Part shown: positions 54,418 to 61,673 of the stretch, piece by piece | Position numbering within the stretch: position 1 is the first letter of the stretch | Layout of the letters: every line of letters begins with the position of its first letter | Source: Myxococcales bacterium | GTDB taxonomy: Bacteria; Myxococcota_A; Polyangia; Polyangiales; Houyiibacteriaceae | DNA length: 64,000 nt | Direction: 5' to 3' | Assembly: GCA_029861865.1 (NCBI GenBank) | Contig: JAOTYL010000011.1 | Span: 84,517 to 148,516, forward strand | Translations under genes and position numbers: made by a program | The notes under the pieces: model-generated | What the model saw: the letters and a program-made list of their open reading frames with translations, nothing else | Databases searched by the model: none | What the model was told of the DNA's origin: nothing

Positions 54418-54449
54418 CAGAGGGTAAGGCCGCTCGCAAGGCCCTGCAA

Positions 54450-54983
54450 CTAGATGGCCATGCCGCCTGCGCCACCTGCGCCACCTGCGCCACCTGCGCC
54501 GCCTGCGCCGCCCACGCCTCCGACTCCGCCCGCACCGCCAGCGCCTCCGACGCCGCCCGCACCGCCAGCGCCTCCGACGCCGCCCGCACCGCCAACACCG
54601 CCGACGCCGCCCGCACCGCCAGCACCGCCGGCGCCGCCCGCACCGCCCGCACCGCCGGCGCCACCTACGCCTCCAGCACCGCCGGAACCACCTGCGCCGC
54701 CTGTCCCGACATTGCCATCAGGGACGTCCGCGTCGGGCAGCCCCGCGTCAAGCACGATGACACGCTCGCAGACCTGGGTCTGGCACTCCGCGCGGGCAAG
54801 ACTGCTGCACGGCACGATGCGCCCGTCCGCGCATTTGAATTCCTGACAGCAAGCGAGGGTGTCGCTTGGATCGTTGCACAAGGCCACCTTGCCGCTCGGG
54901 CACACCGTTTCGATACCGCTGGCGCTCGAGCACCCGATCAGGAGCGCGGCAATCCCCACCAGCACGCGTGCGTACAACCTCAT
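54450..54983 (-). CDS. Lipoprotein with Cys-rich N-domain and C-terminal (Gly-Gly-X)n tail
   Basis: Lipobox LLIGC and a Cys-rich module of about 70 aa with 8 Cys residues after the lipobox Cys. About 27 consecutive GGX triplets follow (X = A/V/S/T), and the protein ends GGMAI. Confidence 0.7.
   Translation of the reverse strand: MRLYARVLVGIAALLIGCSSASGIETVCPSGKVALCNDPSDTLACCQEFKCADGRIVPCSSLARAECQTQVCERVIVLDAGLPDADVPDGNVGTGGAGGSGGAGGVGGAGGAGGAGGAGGAGGAGGVGGVGGAGGVGGAGGAGGVGGAGGAGGVGGVGGAGGAGGAGGAGGAGGMAI
54458..54700 (-). repeat. 9-nt (GGX-coding) tandem repeat inside the lipoprotein gene
   Basis: The plus strand reads gccacctgc gccacctgc gccacctgc gccgcctgc gccgcccac ..., an imperfect 9-mer array of about 240 bp. 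Confidence 0.9.
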
Positions 54984-55084
54984 CCCCTCGCAATTCTAGG
55001 CCATCGGGGTGATAGGCTCAAATCCAGCGCAAAACCCCTAGAAAATCGGTCGGGGGGGCGCGAAGCCCCGGGGGGGCGTCGCCT

Positions 55085-57454
55085 TTACGGGGCTGCCGCC
55101 GACGACTCGGGAAACGGATGGAGCACGACATCGATGATGATGTAGAGCAGCGCGATCAGACAAGCTGCTGTCTCCCACAAGTACTGCTCGTCGTACCAAC
55201 CGGCGAAGAACTGGATGATCAACCCGGCGATGACCATGGCGACCAGCGCTGCGGTATAGCGCAACCGCTCGATCGCAAGCGGGGCCATCAAGACGACGAA
55301 GCTGTAGTAGTAACAGGTCAGCTCAAAGAACCCGATGATCAATATCGTGCTGCTTGCCAAGACAGCCCATCCCGCCATGCGCCGGCCTGCCAACGCCAAC
55401 AGCACGAACATGCCGAGCAGGATCAGGCGGTGGAGCCACCGCCGGTCATGCTTCGTGTCTTTGCGGAACTGCTTCCAATGAGCCCACGGGTCTTCGAGGC
55501 TCTGATCTTTGGTGTGACGGCCGACTGTGCTCGGACGGTACGAGAGCAGGGTCGGAAGCCCCATGTGATTGGTGAGCGGGGTTTCGGCGTGTTTGAAGGT
55601 ATTGCCGAGAAATCGGGTGTGTGCGTCTACCCCGTTGATCGCCACGCTTGCCGAGCACAGCACGAGCAACCCGGCCATCCCGCCCGCGATGAAACGTTTG
55701 TCCTCGGGGCGCAGCCACGGCCCTCCGAGCTTGTTGCGTCGGACGAAACGGTCGATGATCGCTGCGCCCGGTCCGCCCGCCAACGCGGCAGGGAACAACC
55801 GCAGCAGCGCGCTCCACGACAACGCGAACCCCGAGAGCACAGGGAATCCCTTTTTCAGCAGACATACCGCGGCGACCGCCATGAAGAACCACGGAACACG
55901 CGCAAAGCTCCCGCCGGTCCAAAAGTATGCCCACGGATAGCCGGTCCCCCACACGACCACAGCAAGGGTGCACGCCCGCAGACCGAACGCCCATAGAATG
56001 AAGAGAAACGCGCCGGCGTAGAGCCCCAGGTCGATCATCGCGTAGCGAAGGATGCGCTTTCGAAATTTCTTCATCACGCCCTGGTCGACGCGCACGCTCG
56101 GGGCGTCGGGAACTTGCTTTCTCCAACCAATGTTCGTCAGGGCGGCCGCAACCATGTTGGAGATCGGGCTCGCGTTGTAACCGTGGTCCATGAGCATGTC
56201 CCGCCACCACGACGTACCCATCACGGTACGGAAAGACCGTGCATCCTGTTTGAACGCTTCCCAACGCTGCGGGGAAAAGTGCTCTTCGCAAGTCTTCGCA
56301 TAGGCAATGGCGTCATCCTCCGAGAGGTAGTGAAGCCGATTGTCGACGAGGTCTCGGATCTTCCGCCTCTGGAGATCGGCCTTTCCGCGGTCTTCGTAGT
56401 CCGCGGCGAGGACGCACTGGTAGAGCCGCTCGTACTCGTTCTCCTCGAAATACTTCGAGCCGATATAGTAGTGGAAGGTGTCCCAGTAGTGGACGATTCG
56501 CGAGCTATGGTACGTGCCAAAGTTCACCCACGCAGCGCCGCACGCGAGGATTACCCACACCAGTGCCCCGCGCTCCCACCAAAGCGATGCACCGCCGCCC
56601 TTCGTTGCGAGCCAAAGGCCGCGTATACCCCAGGCAGCGACCAGGCCCCCCAACAGGTAAAGGCCCCAGTCTGCAAACCACGGGGCGTGTCGCGCGTAGT
56701 AGAACCGGTAGCTAGCGATCGCCAACATCGCGAGGGCCAACGACACCGCGACCCCGAGCGCAGTCTTGCTCCGCTCTACACGAAAGAGGGCGATGAAGAA
56801 CATGAGACCAAGGAAGGCGAGACCAAGCCGGTAGCGATGGTCGCGCTTCTGCATGATCCCCTTCCACCAGCCACTCGCGGTGGCCTTGACCTCGACCGGC
56901 GGAGGCCACTTTGCGGGCTGCTGGCAGAAGACCTGGACCTCACTGAGGCTGTAGTAGCCGTCACCCCCTTCCGCGCGCAGTCGAACGTAGCGGCCTTGGG
57001 CATCGAGGGTTCTCGAACCACGTCGACGCATGCCTTGGCCTGAAGCGGGGTCTGCGGTCCAGAGGCGCACGAAGGTCTCGCCGTCTTCCGACGACTCGAG
57101 GATGTAGTCGTCGTTGTTGTCGCCTTGGAGGTCGACCGCGGTGATTCGCACCGGCTGCCCGAGGTCATAGACCACGTGACTGGTGGCGTCGGTCAAGATC
57201 GCCGTCAGGTCGCTCTCCCACACGTCGCCCTCGGCGGTCATGACGCCGTTGGTAAGCCGACGAGCGAAGCGCGCTCCCTTGGTGGCGGAAGGCGATTTAC
57301 CCGCAAGCAAGTTCCCAGGCGGGCACGAACCCTCCTGTGCGTCCGCGGACGCCGCCGTTGCCGTCAAGCAAAGCAAGAAAATGATGGCCCCTCGCACCAC
57401 GACGGCGCGCACCGTAGGCAACGGATCGGCTGCTGACAAGCCGGCAACGCTCAT
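55085..57454 (-). CDS. Discoidin (F5/8 type C) domain fused to a large polytopic membrane domain (GT-C-like?), unknown function
   Basis: Signal/anchor, then ...VVYDLGQPVRITAVDLQGDNNDDYILESSEDGETFVRLWTA...GRYVRLRAEGGDGYYSLSEVQVF, which is the discoidin pattern. The remaining approximately 590 aa contain at least 12 hydrophobic helices. Confidence 0.6.
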   Translation of the reverse strand: MSVAGLSAADPLPTVRAVVVRGAIIFLLCLTATAASADAQEGSCPPGNLLAGKSPSATKGARFARRLTNGVMTAEGDVWESDLTAILTDATSHVVYDLGQPVRITAVDLQGDNNDDYILESSEDGETFVRLWTADPASGQGMRRRGSRTLDAQGRYVRLRAEGGDGYYSLSEVQVFCQQPAKWPPPVEVKATASGWWKGIMQKRDHRYRLGLAFLGLMFFIALFRVERSKTALGVAVSLALAMLAIASYRFYYARHAPWFADWGLYLLGGLVAAWGIRGLWLATKGGGASLWWERGALVWVILACGAAWVNFGTYHSSRIVHYWDTFHYYIGSKYFEENEYERLYQCVLAADYEDRGKADLQRRKIRDLVDNRLHYLSEDDAIAYAKTCEEHFSPQRWEAFKQDARSFRTVMGTSWWRDMLMDHGYNASPISNMVAAALTNIGWRKQVPDAPSVRVDQGVMKKFRKRILRYAMIDLGLYAGAFLFILWAFGLRACTLAVVVWGTGYPWAYFWTGGSFARVPWFFMAVAAVCLLKKGFPVLSGFALSWSALLRLFPAALAGGPGAAIIDRFVRRNKLGGPWLRPEDKRFIAGGMAGLLVLCSASVAINGVDAHTRFLGNTFKHAETPLTNHMGLPTLLSYRPSTVGRHTKDQSLEDPWAHWKQFRKDTKHDRRWLHRLILLGMFVLLALAGRRMAGWAVLASSTILIIGFFELTCYYYSFVVLMAPLAIERLRYTAALVAMVIAGLIIQFFAGWYDEQYLWETAACLIALLYIIIDVVLHPFPESSAAAP

Positions 57455-57643
57455 TCAAAGGAGGCGAGGTCGATCCGGTAGATTCGGAACGGTGGGCTGA
57501 GCGGACTGCCGGAGATCGACGCGAGGATATCGCTATAGATCGCGTAAAGCTCCCCTTCCGCTGGCCGCACCGTCGATGTCCCTTGGTTCATTCGACGGAC
57601 ATTGACAGAGCGACTGCCCGCAGATCCAGCCTCCCCGAGCGAT

Positions 57644-57675
57644 TAAAAAGGGTGCCGCCGAATGGCGACACCCTC
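57644..57675 (-). terminator. Rho-independent terminator after the sigma-region-4-like gene
   Basis: The minus strand reads AGGGUGUCGCC-AUUC-GGCGGCACCCU followed by UUUUUAAUC. A T-run on the other side (CCCCCTTTTG) could make it bidirectional. Confidence 0.7.
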
Positions 57676-57700
57676 CCCCTTTTGCCCTTGGAGTGGCTCG

Positions 57701-58231
57701 TTACGTCACGTAGTCCTTTAAGCGATCGACGGCTTGGTAGTCCTGTAAGCGCGCAAGGCCCGCGGTCTCGACTTGGCGTACGCGTTCGCGGGTGAGGTTC
57801 ATGATCTCGCCCACCTCTTCGAGTGTGATGCCCCCGCGGTCTGCCACGTCGAGCGCGCAGGTTTCGGTCATCTCCCAGATTTCGAGATCGGGGAAGTTGA
57901 GCTTGATCGAGCCACGCACCGGGTGAACGTCGATGTACAGGTGGTACTTGCACGATACGAACGGGCATGGCCGCTCCATATCCTTGCACTCCGACCGGCT
58001 TCTTGGCTTCCAGTAGTCGGTCTCCGGATAGAGCTCACGACCACGGTTGAGCTCTGCCTTGCTCAGGCGACGAATCGAGATGGTGCGTGCACGGGCCCTC
58101 GATCGACGCTTGCGCCGCCCCCGACGCTCTTCCTGGTCCGGTTCTTGTAGAGCGTCCGCCAACGACTCCCGTTCTTCGCCCTCGGAGCTCGCTTCTGCGT
58201 CCACGGCGTTCGTGCTTGCTGCGTCCTTCAT
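57701..58231 (-). CDS. Sigma-70 region-4-only HTH protein with charged N-terminus and Cys cluster
   Basis: The C-terminal [28 protein letters not shown] matches the region 4.2 HTH pattern. It is preceded by [19 protein letters not shown]...ETCALD (4 Cys) and by an Asp/Glu-rich then Arg-rich N-terminus. No sigma regions 2 or 3 are present. Confidence 0.6.
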   Translation of the reverse strand: MKDAASTNAVDAEASSEGEERESLADALQEPDQEERRGRRKRRSRARARTISIRRLSKAELNRGRELYPETDYWKPRSRSECKDMERPCPFVSCKYHLYIDVHPVRGSIKLNFPDLEIWEMTETCALDVADRGGITLEEVGEIMNLTRERVRQVETAGLARLQDYQAVDRLKDYVT

Positions 58232-58254
58232 TGGAATCTCCCCCTCAAACCTCT

Positions 58255-58812
58255 CTAGACAGCTGCTCGAGCCATGCGAGCGCGCATCGTGAGCCGCCGC
58301 TCGATGACTTCGAGCTTTTCAACGAGCTCCTTGCCGAGCTCGCGCACTTCGTGGAGCGCGTCGTGGACCCCCGGATCCTCGGTGGCCGCGCGCTGCTGGT
58401 CGTCAATCGCGTTCTCGATCGCCTGATAGACGCGGTCGAGCTGCCGGCTCAACGCATCGATATCGCCTCGCACGAAGAGGAACTCCTTTTGAATTTCCTC
58501 CATCGTGAAGCCCTGATGCATCAGCCGACGGATGTGATCGATTTGGCGAACCGCCGTCGCTGGGTAGAGACCTTGAGACCCTCGGTGCTTGCCCTTGCGG
58601 CCGACGCGCACGCTTCGCGGCAACAAGCCGAGCTGCACGTACTTGCGGAAGGTCGCCTCCGTGAGGCGAGAGCCGCGCGCGGTGAAGGCATCGACGATCT
58701 GCTGGACGCTCATCCCATTGGCGTGGGCGCGCTCGATCTCTTCGAGCTCCTCGCTGGACCAGCTCTTTTCTGGTTCCCGATGCGGCCTATGTTGTCCTCT
58801 TGGTAGAGTCAT
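58255..58812 (-). CDS. MerR-like HTH protein with C-terminal coiled coil
   Basis: [10 protein letters not shown]...[15 protein letters not shown]...[28 protein letters not shown] resembles a MerR wing plus dimerisation helix. It lies 23 nt upstream of the sigma4-like gene. Confidence 0.45.
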   Translation of the reverse strand: MTLPRGQHRPHREPEKSWSSEELEEIERAHANGMSVQQIVDAFTARGSRLTEATFRKYVQLGLLPRSVRVGRKGKHRGSQGLYPATAVRQIDHIRRLMHQGFTMEEIQKEFLFVRGDIDALSRQLDRVYQAIENAIDDQQRAATEDPGVHDALHEVRELGKELVEKLEVIERRLTMRARMARAAV

Positions 58813-58946
58813 TTGAATAGCTTATAGCGAATGTATTCCATTGAAGAGAATCACGTCAACGCAAAAAGACATCGTATTGCTAAGTTTGCGAAATTGCTTG
58901 TTTTTTGTCGCAGCTTTTCAAGCTGCCGGCCCTCTTTGACGAAAAA

Positions 58947-58978
58947 TGCCGATCGTAACTAGCTACTGACGATCGGCA
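58947..58978. other. Perfect 10-bp inverted repeat TGCCGATCGT-N12-ACGATCGGCA in an AT-rich divergent intergenic region
   Basis: Read directly from the sequence. It lies between the MerR-like gene start (58812) and the ABC permease start, directly abutting the hexamer repeat. Confidence 0.6.
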
Positions 58979-58993
58979 GCGACGGCGATCTCG

Positions 58994-59065
58994 GCACTGC
59001 CGCTGACACGGACACTGTCGCTGGCACTGCCGCTGACTCTGCCCCTGACTCTGCCCCTGACTCTG
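58994..59065 (-). repeat. (CAGNGN)n hexamer tandem repeat, 12 units, inverted orientation
   Basis: The plus strand reads gcactg ccgctg acacgg acactg tcgctg gcactg ccgctg actctg cccctg actctg cccctg actctg. This is the reverse complement of CAGTGC/CAGCGG/CAGTGT/CAGAGT/CAGGGG units. Confidence 0.9.
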
Positions 59066-59110
59066 GGGAAATTGACTGCCCCCCCCGAACCCAGTACCTC
59101 CTGCGAACGC

Positions 59111-59965
59111 ATGGATTCTCGGGCTTTTCGGCGGTTTCGGCGCAATAAGGGGGCTCTCGCCGGGCTAGTGCTCGTCGTAGCGGTGACCGTGCTTGGCATC
59201 CTGGGCCCCTGGCTCGCCCCCTTCGACCCGGTGGACCAGTTCACCGACGCACTGCTCCTGGACAGCGGCCTTCCTGCGGGGCCCCGCGCCGTGGCCGGAC
59301 ACTGGCTCGGGGGCGACCCGCTGGCGCGCGACGAGCTCAGCAGGCTCCTGAGTGGCGCCCGAGTTTCGATGTTGGTCGCCTACATCGCCACCGCGATTGC
59401 CGTCCTGATCGGGGTCGGTCTCGGGCTGATCTCCGGCTATGTCGGCGGGCGGGTCGACTCCATTTCGATGCGATTCGTCGATGTCGTGTTGTCGATGCCG
59501 TTCCTGCTGCTCGCCATCGTCATGCAGCGCGTGTGGGACGCTCCCGGCATTTGGACCATCTGCATCGTGCTCGGTGTGCTCTCGTGGACGACCCTTGCCC
59601 GCGTTACGCGCGCAAAAACGATGGAAGCGCGAGAGCTCGATTACGTCCAAGCTGCACGCGCACTCGGCTTGCGCCACTCTCGCATACTGGCCCGACACGT
59701 GCTTCCCAATGTCGCCGGCCCGATCGTCGCAATCGCCACGATTCTCGTCGCGCGGATGATCATCGCGGAGAGCGCGCTTTCATTCCTCGGACTCGGTGTT
59801 CGCCCACCGACAGCGAGTTGGGGCTCGATGCTCAACGACAGCCAATCGCTGCTTCTCGGCGTGCCTCGACTGACGCTGTATCCGGCCGTCCTGATCAGCA
59901 TGGCGGTGTTCGGCTTCAACCTCTTTGGAGAAGGGCTCAGAGATGCGTTCGACCCCAAAGACTAG
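59111..59965 (+). CDS. Peptide/nickel ABC transporter permease (DppC/OppC type)
   Basis: I prefer the ATG at 59111 (MDSRAFRRFRRNK); the track uses TTG 59072. EAA-loop motif: YVQAARALGLRHSRILARHVLPNVAGPIV. Confidence 0.85.
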   Translation: MDSRAFRRFRRNKGALAGLVLVVAVTVLGILGPWLAPFDPVDQFTDALLLDSGLPAGPRAVAGHWLGGDPLARDELSRLLSGARVSMLVAYIATAIAVLIGVGLGLISGYVGGRVDSISMRFVDVVLSMPFLLLAIVMQRVWDAPGIWTICIVLGVLSWTTLARVTRAKTMEARELDYVQAARALGLRHSRILARHVLPNVAGPIVAIATILVARMIIAESALSFLGLGVRPPTASWGSMLNDSQSLLLGVPRLTLYPAVLISMAVFGFNLFGEGLRDAFDPKD

Positions 59966-61673
59966 AACGCGCGCTCACCGCTGGGTCGTGGGAATCGTGA
60001 CGGTCGCCATAGCGTCCGTTCTTGGCGGTTGGGTGATCACCCATTTTCCAAAGGCGCCCATCGGACCACGCTTCGTCGGCGCAGGTCATGAGACTCCGCG
60101 GTCGGGAGGCATTTTTATCTTCTCAGCCGGCAGCAACATCCACACCCTCGATCCGCACTTCGCGTACGACACGTTATCGACCGCCGCCTGCCGACTCCTA
60201 TACGATGGTCTTCTCGACTACGACTACGACGGCAAGATGATCCCGAGCCTTGCTGCCTCGCTCCCCGAAGTCTCGGATGACGGTCGTGTGTTTCGCTTTA
60301 CCTTGCGGGAAGGGATCAAGTTTCACAACGGCCGCGAGGTGATGGCCGAAGACATCTCTTGGTCGATGCACAGATTGCTAAGCGAGCGGATCGGCTCTCC
60401 TGGCTACCCGTTCTTCAAATCGATCGAGGGCGCCCCCGACTACCACGAAGGCAAGACCGACGCGATCGAGGGGATCGTCGTCCTAGGACCCAAGACGATC
60501 GAGTTTCGGTTGGACGAAGCTGATCAGACTTTTCTGAACGCGATCGCGATGCCCTTCGCCTACCCAATGGCCCGCGAGCATGTCGAAGCGCTCGAGAAGG
60601 CCGAGGGACGAACCGCCGTCGGCCGAAATCCGATCGGTGCGGGCCCATTCTCCCTCGGGCGTTGGGAACGGGGCGTCCAAGTCGAGCTCGTGCGCTTCGA
60701 GGACTACTGGGACCCGAGGGCCCGCCCCGACCAAATGGTGTTTCTCGAGAACATCTCCTCCGACGTAGCGAGCGCGCGTTTCCGCAATGGTGGGATCGAC
60801 ATCATCTACCGCCCGAGCAAGGTCAACCGGCTCTTTCTGCGCGCGTCGAAGGCATGGGCACCGTATCGAGCGGAGGCTCCGAGCCCATCGGTCTTTGCGC
60901 TTGGCCTCAACTGCGAGCTCCCGCCTTTCGATGACGTCCACGTGCGGAGGGCGATCGCGTTTGCCATCGACCGCTCGAAACTCGAGCGCCTCGACCCGGG
61001 CAAGGTGATCGCCGCCAGTCAAATCTTGCCGCCGATGCTTCCTCCGTACGACCCCGACCTCCCGGAGCGCCAGGTTTTCGACCTCGCACGCGCCAAGGAG
61101 GAGATGCGTCTCGCGGGGTACCCCGACGGCCTGCCCGAGCCCGTGACCCTCTGGGTGCGGGGCGAAGGTGAGGTCCAACTTGCGCAGTTCTTTCAGCAGG
61201 ATCTCAAGGCGATCGGGATCGACATCGAGCTCAAGTTGGTGACCTTTGCGACCTATTTGAAAGAGACGGGACGGCCGCGCGTCGCCCAGGCGGCGTTCAC
61301 GGGCTGGCACCAAGACTTCCCAGATCCCTCGAACTTCATGGACATCCTGTTCCACAGCAGGTCGATCCATCCCGAGAACTCCGAAAACCGCTCCTTCTAT
61401 CGCAACCCCGAGCTGGACGCGATCCTCGACAAGGCGCGTCCCGAGGTCGACGGAGCGGTGAGGCTCGAACTCTACGCAAAGGCCAATGCGATCCTCGCCG
61501 CCGATGCACCGTGGGCGTTTCTCTACTATCCGATCGAGATGTTCGTCTGGCAGCCCTACGTGAAGAACTTTCGTCCCCATCCGGTTTGGCTCAACGAGTA
61601 CCGCAACATCTGGCTCGACCTCCCACGAAAGCGCGTGAGCCAGAGTATCTATTCAGAGGAAACCTCTCGATGA
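59943..61673 (+). CDS. ABC transporter substrate-binding protein, family 5 (peptide/nickel)
   Basis: Signal anchor WVVGIVTVAIASVLGGWVI. Family-5-like blocks are present (FRFTLREGIKFHNGREVMAEDISWSMHRLL, GAGPFSLGRWERG). The start is ATG 59943 or TTG 59925. Confidence 0.8.
   Translation: MRSTPKTRTRAHRWVVGIVTVAIASVLGGWVITHFPKAPIGPRFVGAGHETPRSGGIFIFSAGSNIHTLDPHFAYDTLSTAACRLLYDGLLDYDYDGKMIPSLAASLPEVSDDGRVFRFTLREGIKFHNGREVMAEDISWSMHRLLSERIGSPGYPFFKSIEGAPDYHEGKTDAIEGIVVLGPKTIEFRLDEADQTFLNAIAMPFAYPMAREHVEALEKAEGRTAVGRNPIGAGPFSLGRWERGVQVELVRFEDYWDPRARPDQMVFLENISSDVASARFRNGGIDIIYRPSKVNRLFLRASKAWAPYRAEAPSPSVFALGLNCELPPFDDVHVRRAIAFAIDRSKLERLDPGKVIAASQILPPMLPPYDPDLPERQVFDLARAKEEMRLAGYPDGLPEPVTLWVRGEGEVQLAQFFQQDLKAIGIDIELKLVTFATYLKETGRPRVAQAAFTGWHQDFPDPSNFMDILFHSRSIHPENSENRSFYRNPELDAILDKARPEVDGAVRLELYAKANAILAADAPWAFLYYPIEMFVWQPYVKNFRPHPVWLNEYRNIWLDLPRKRVSQSIYSEETSR

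Noticed and set aside
54454-54846. Plus-strand (PPAPPTPPA)n proline-rich ORF across the 9-mer repeat.
   Set aside because: It has no signal peptide or domain context, and it is bounded by rnpB on one side. The minus-strand reading has a lipobox and a Cys-rich domain contiguous with the repeat.
55051-55080. G/C-run hairpin (GGGGC-GCGAA-GCCCC within cgggggggcgcgaagccccggggggg) as a terminator or G-quadruplex element after the discoidin-membrane gene.
   Set aside because: The stem is only 5 bp, and the T-run lies 8-9 nt away on the relevant strand. The G-runs are too few and irregular to argue for a quadruplex. The evidence is insufficient.
11607-59065. Whether the hexamer arrays could be a CRISPR array or a MITE.
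   Set aside because: - The units are 6 nt, contiguous and degenerate, with no spacers.
- I saw no terminal inverted repeats or target-site duplications.
- No cas genes or transposase genes occur in the window.
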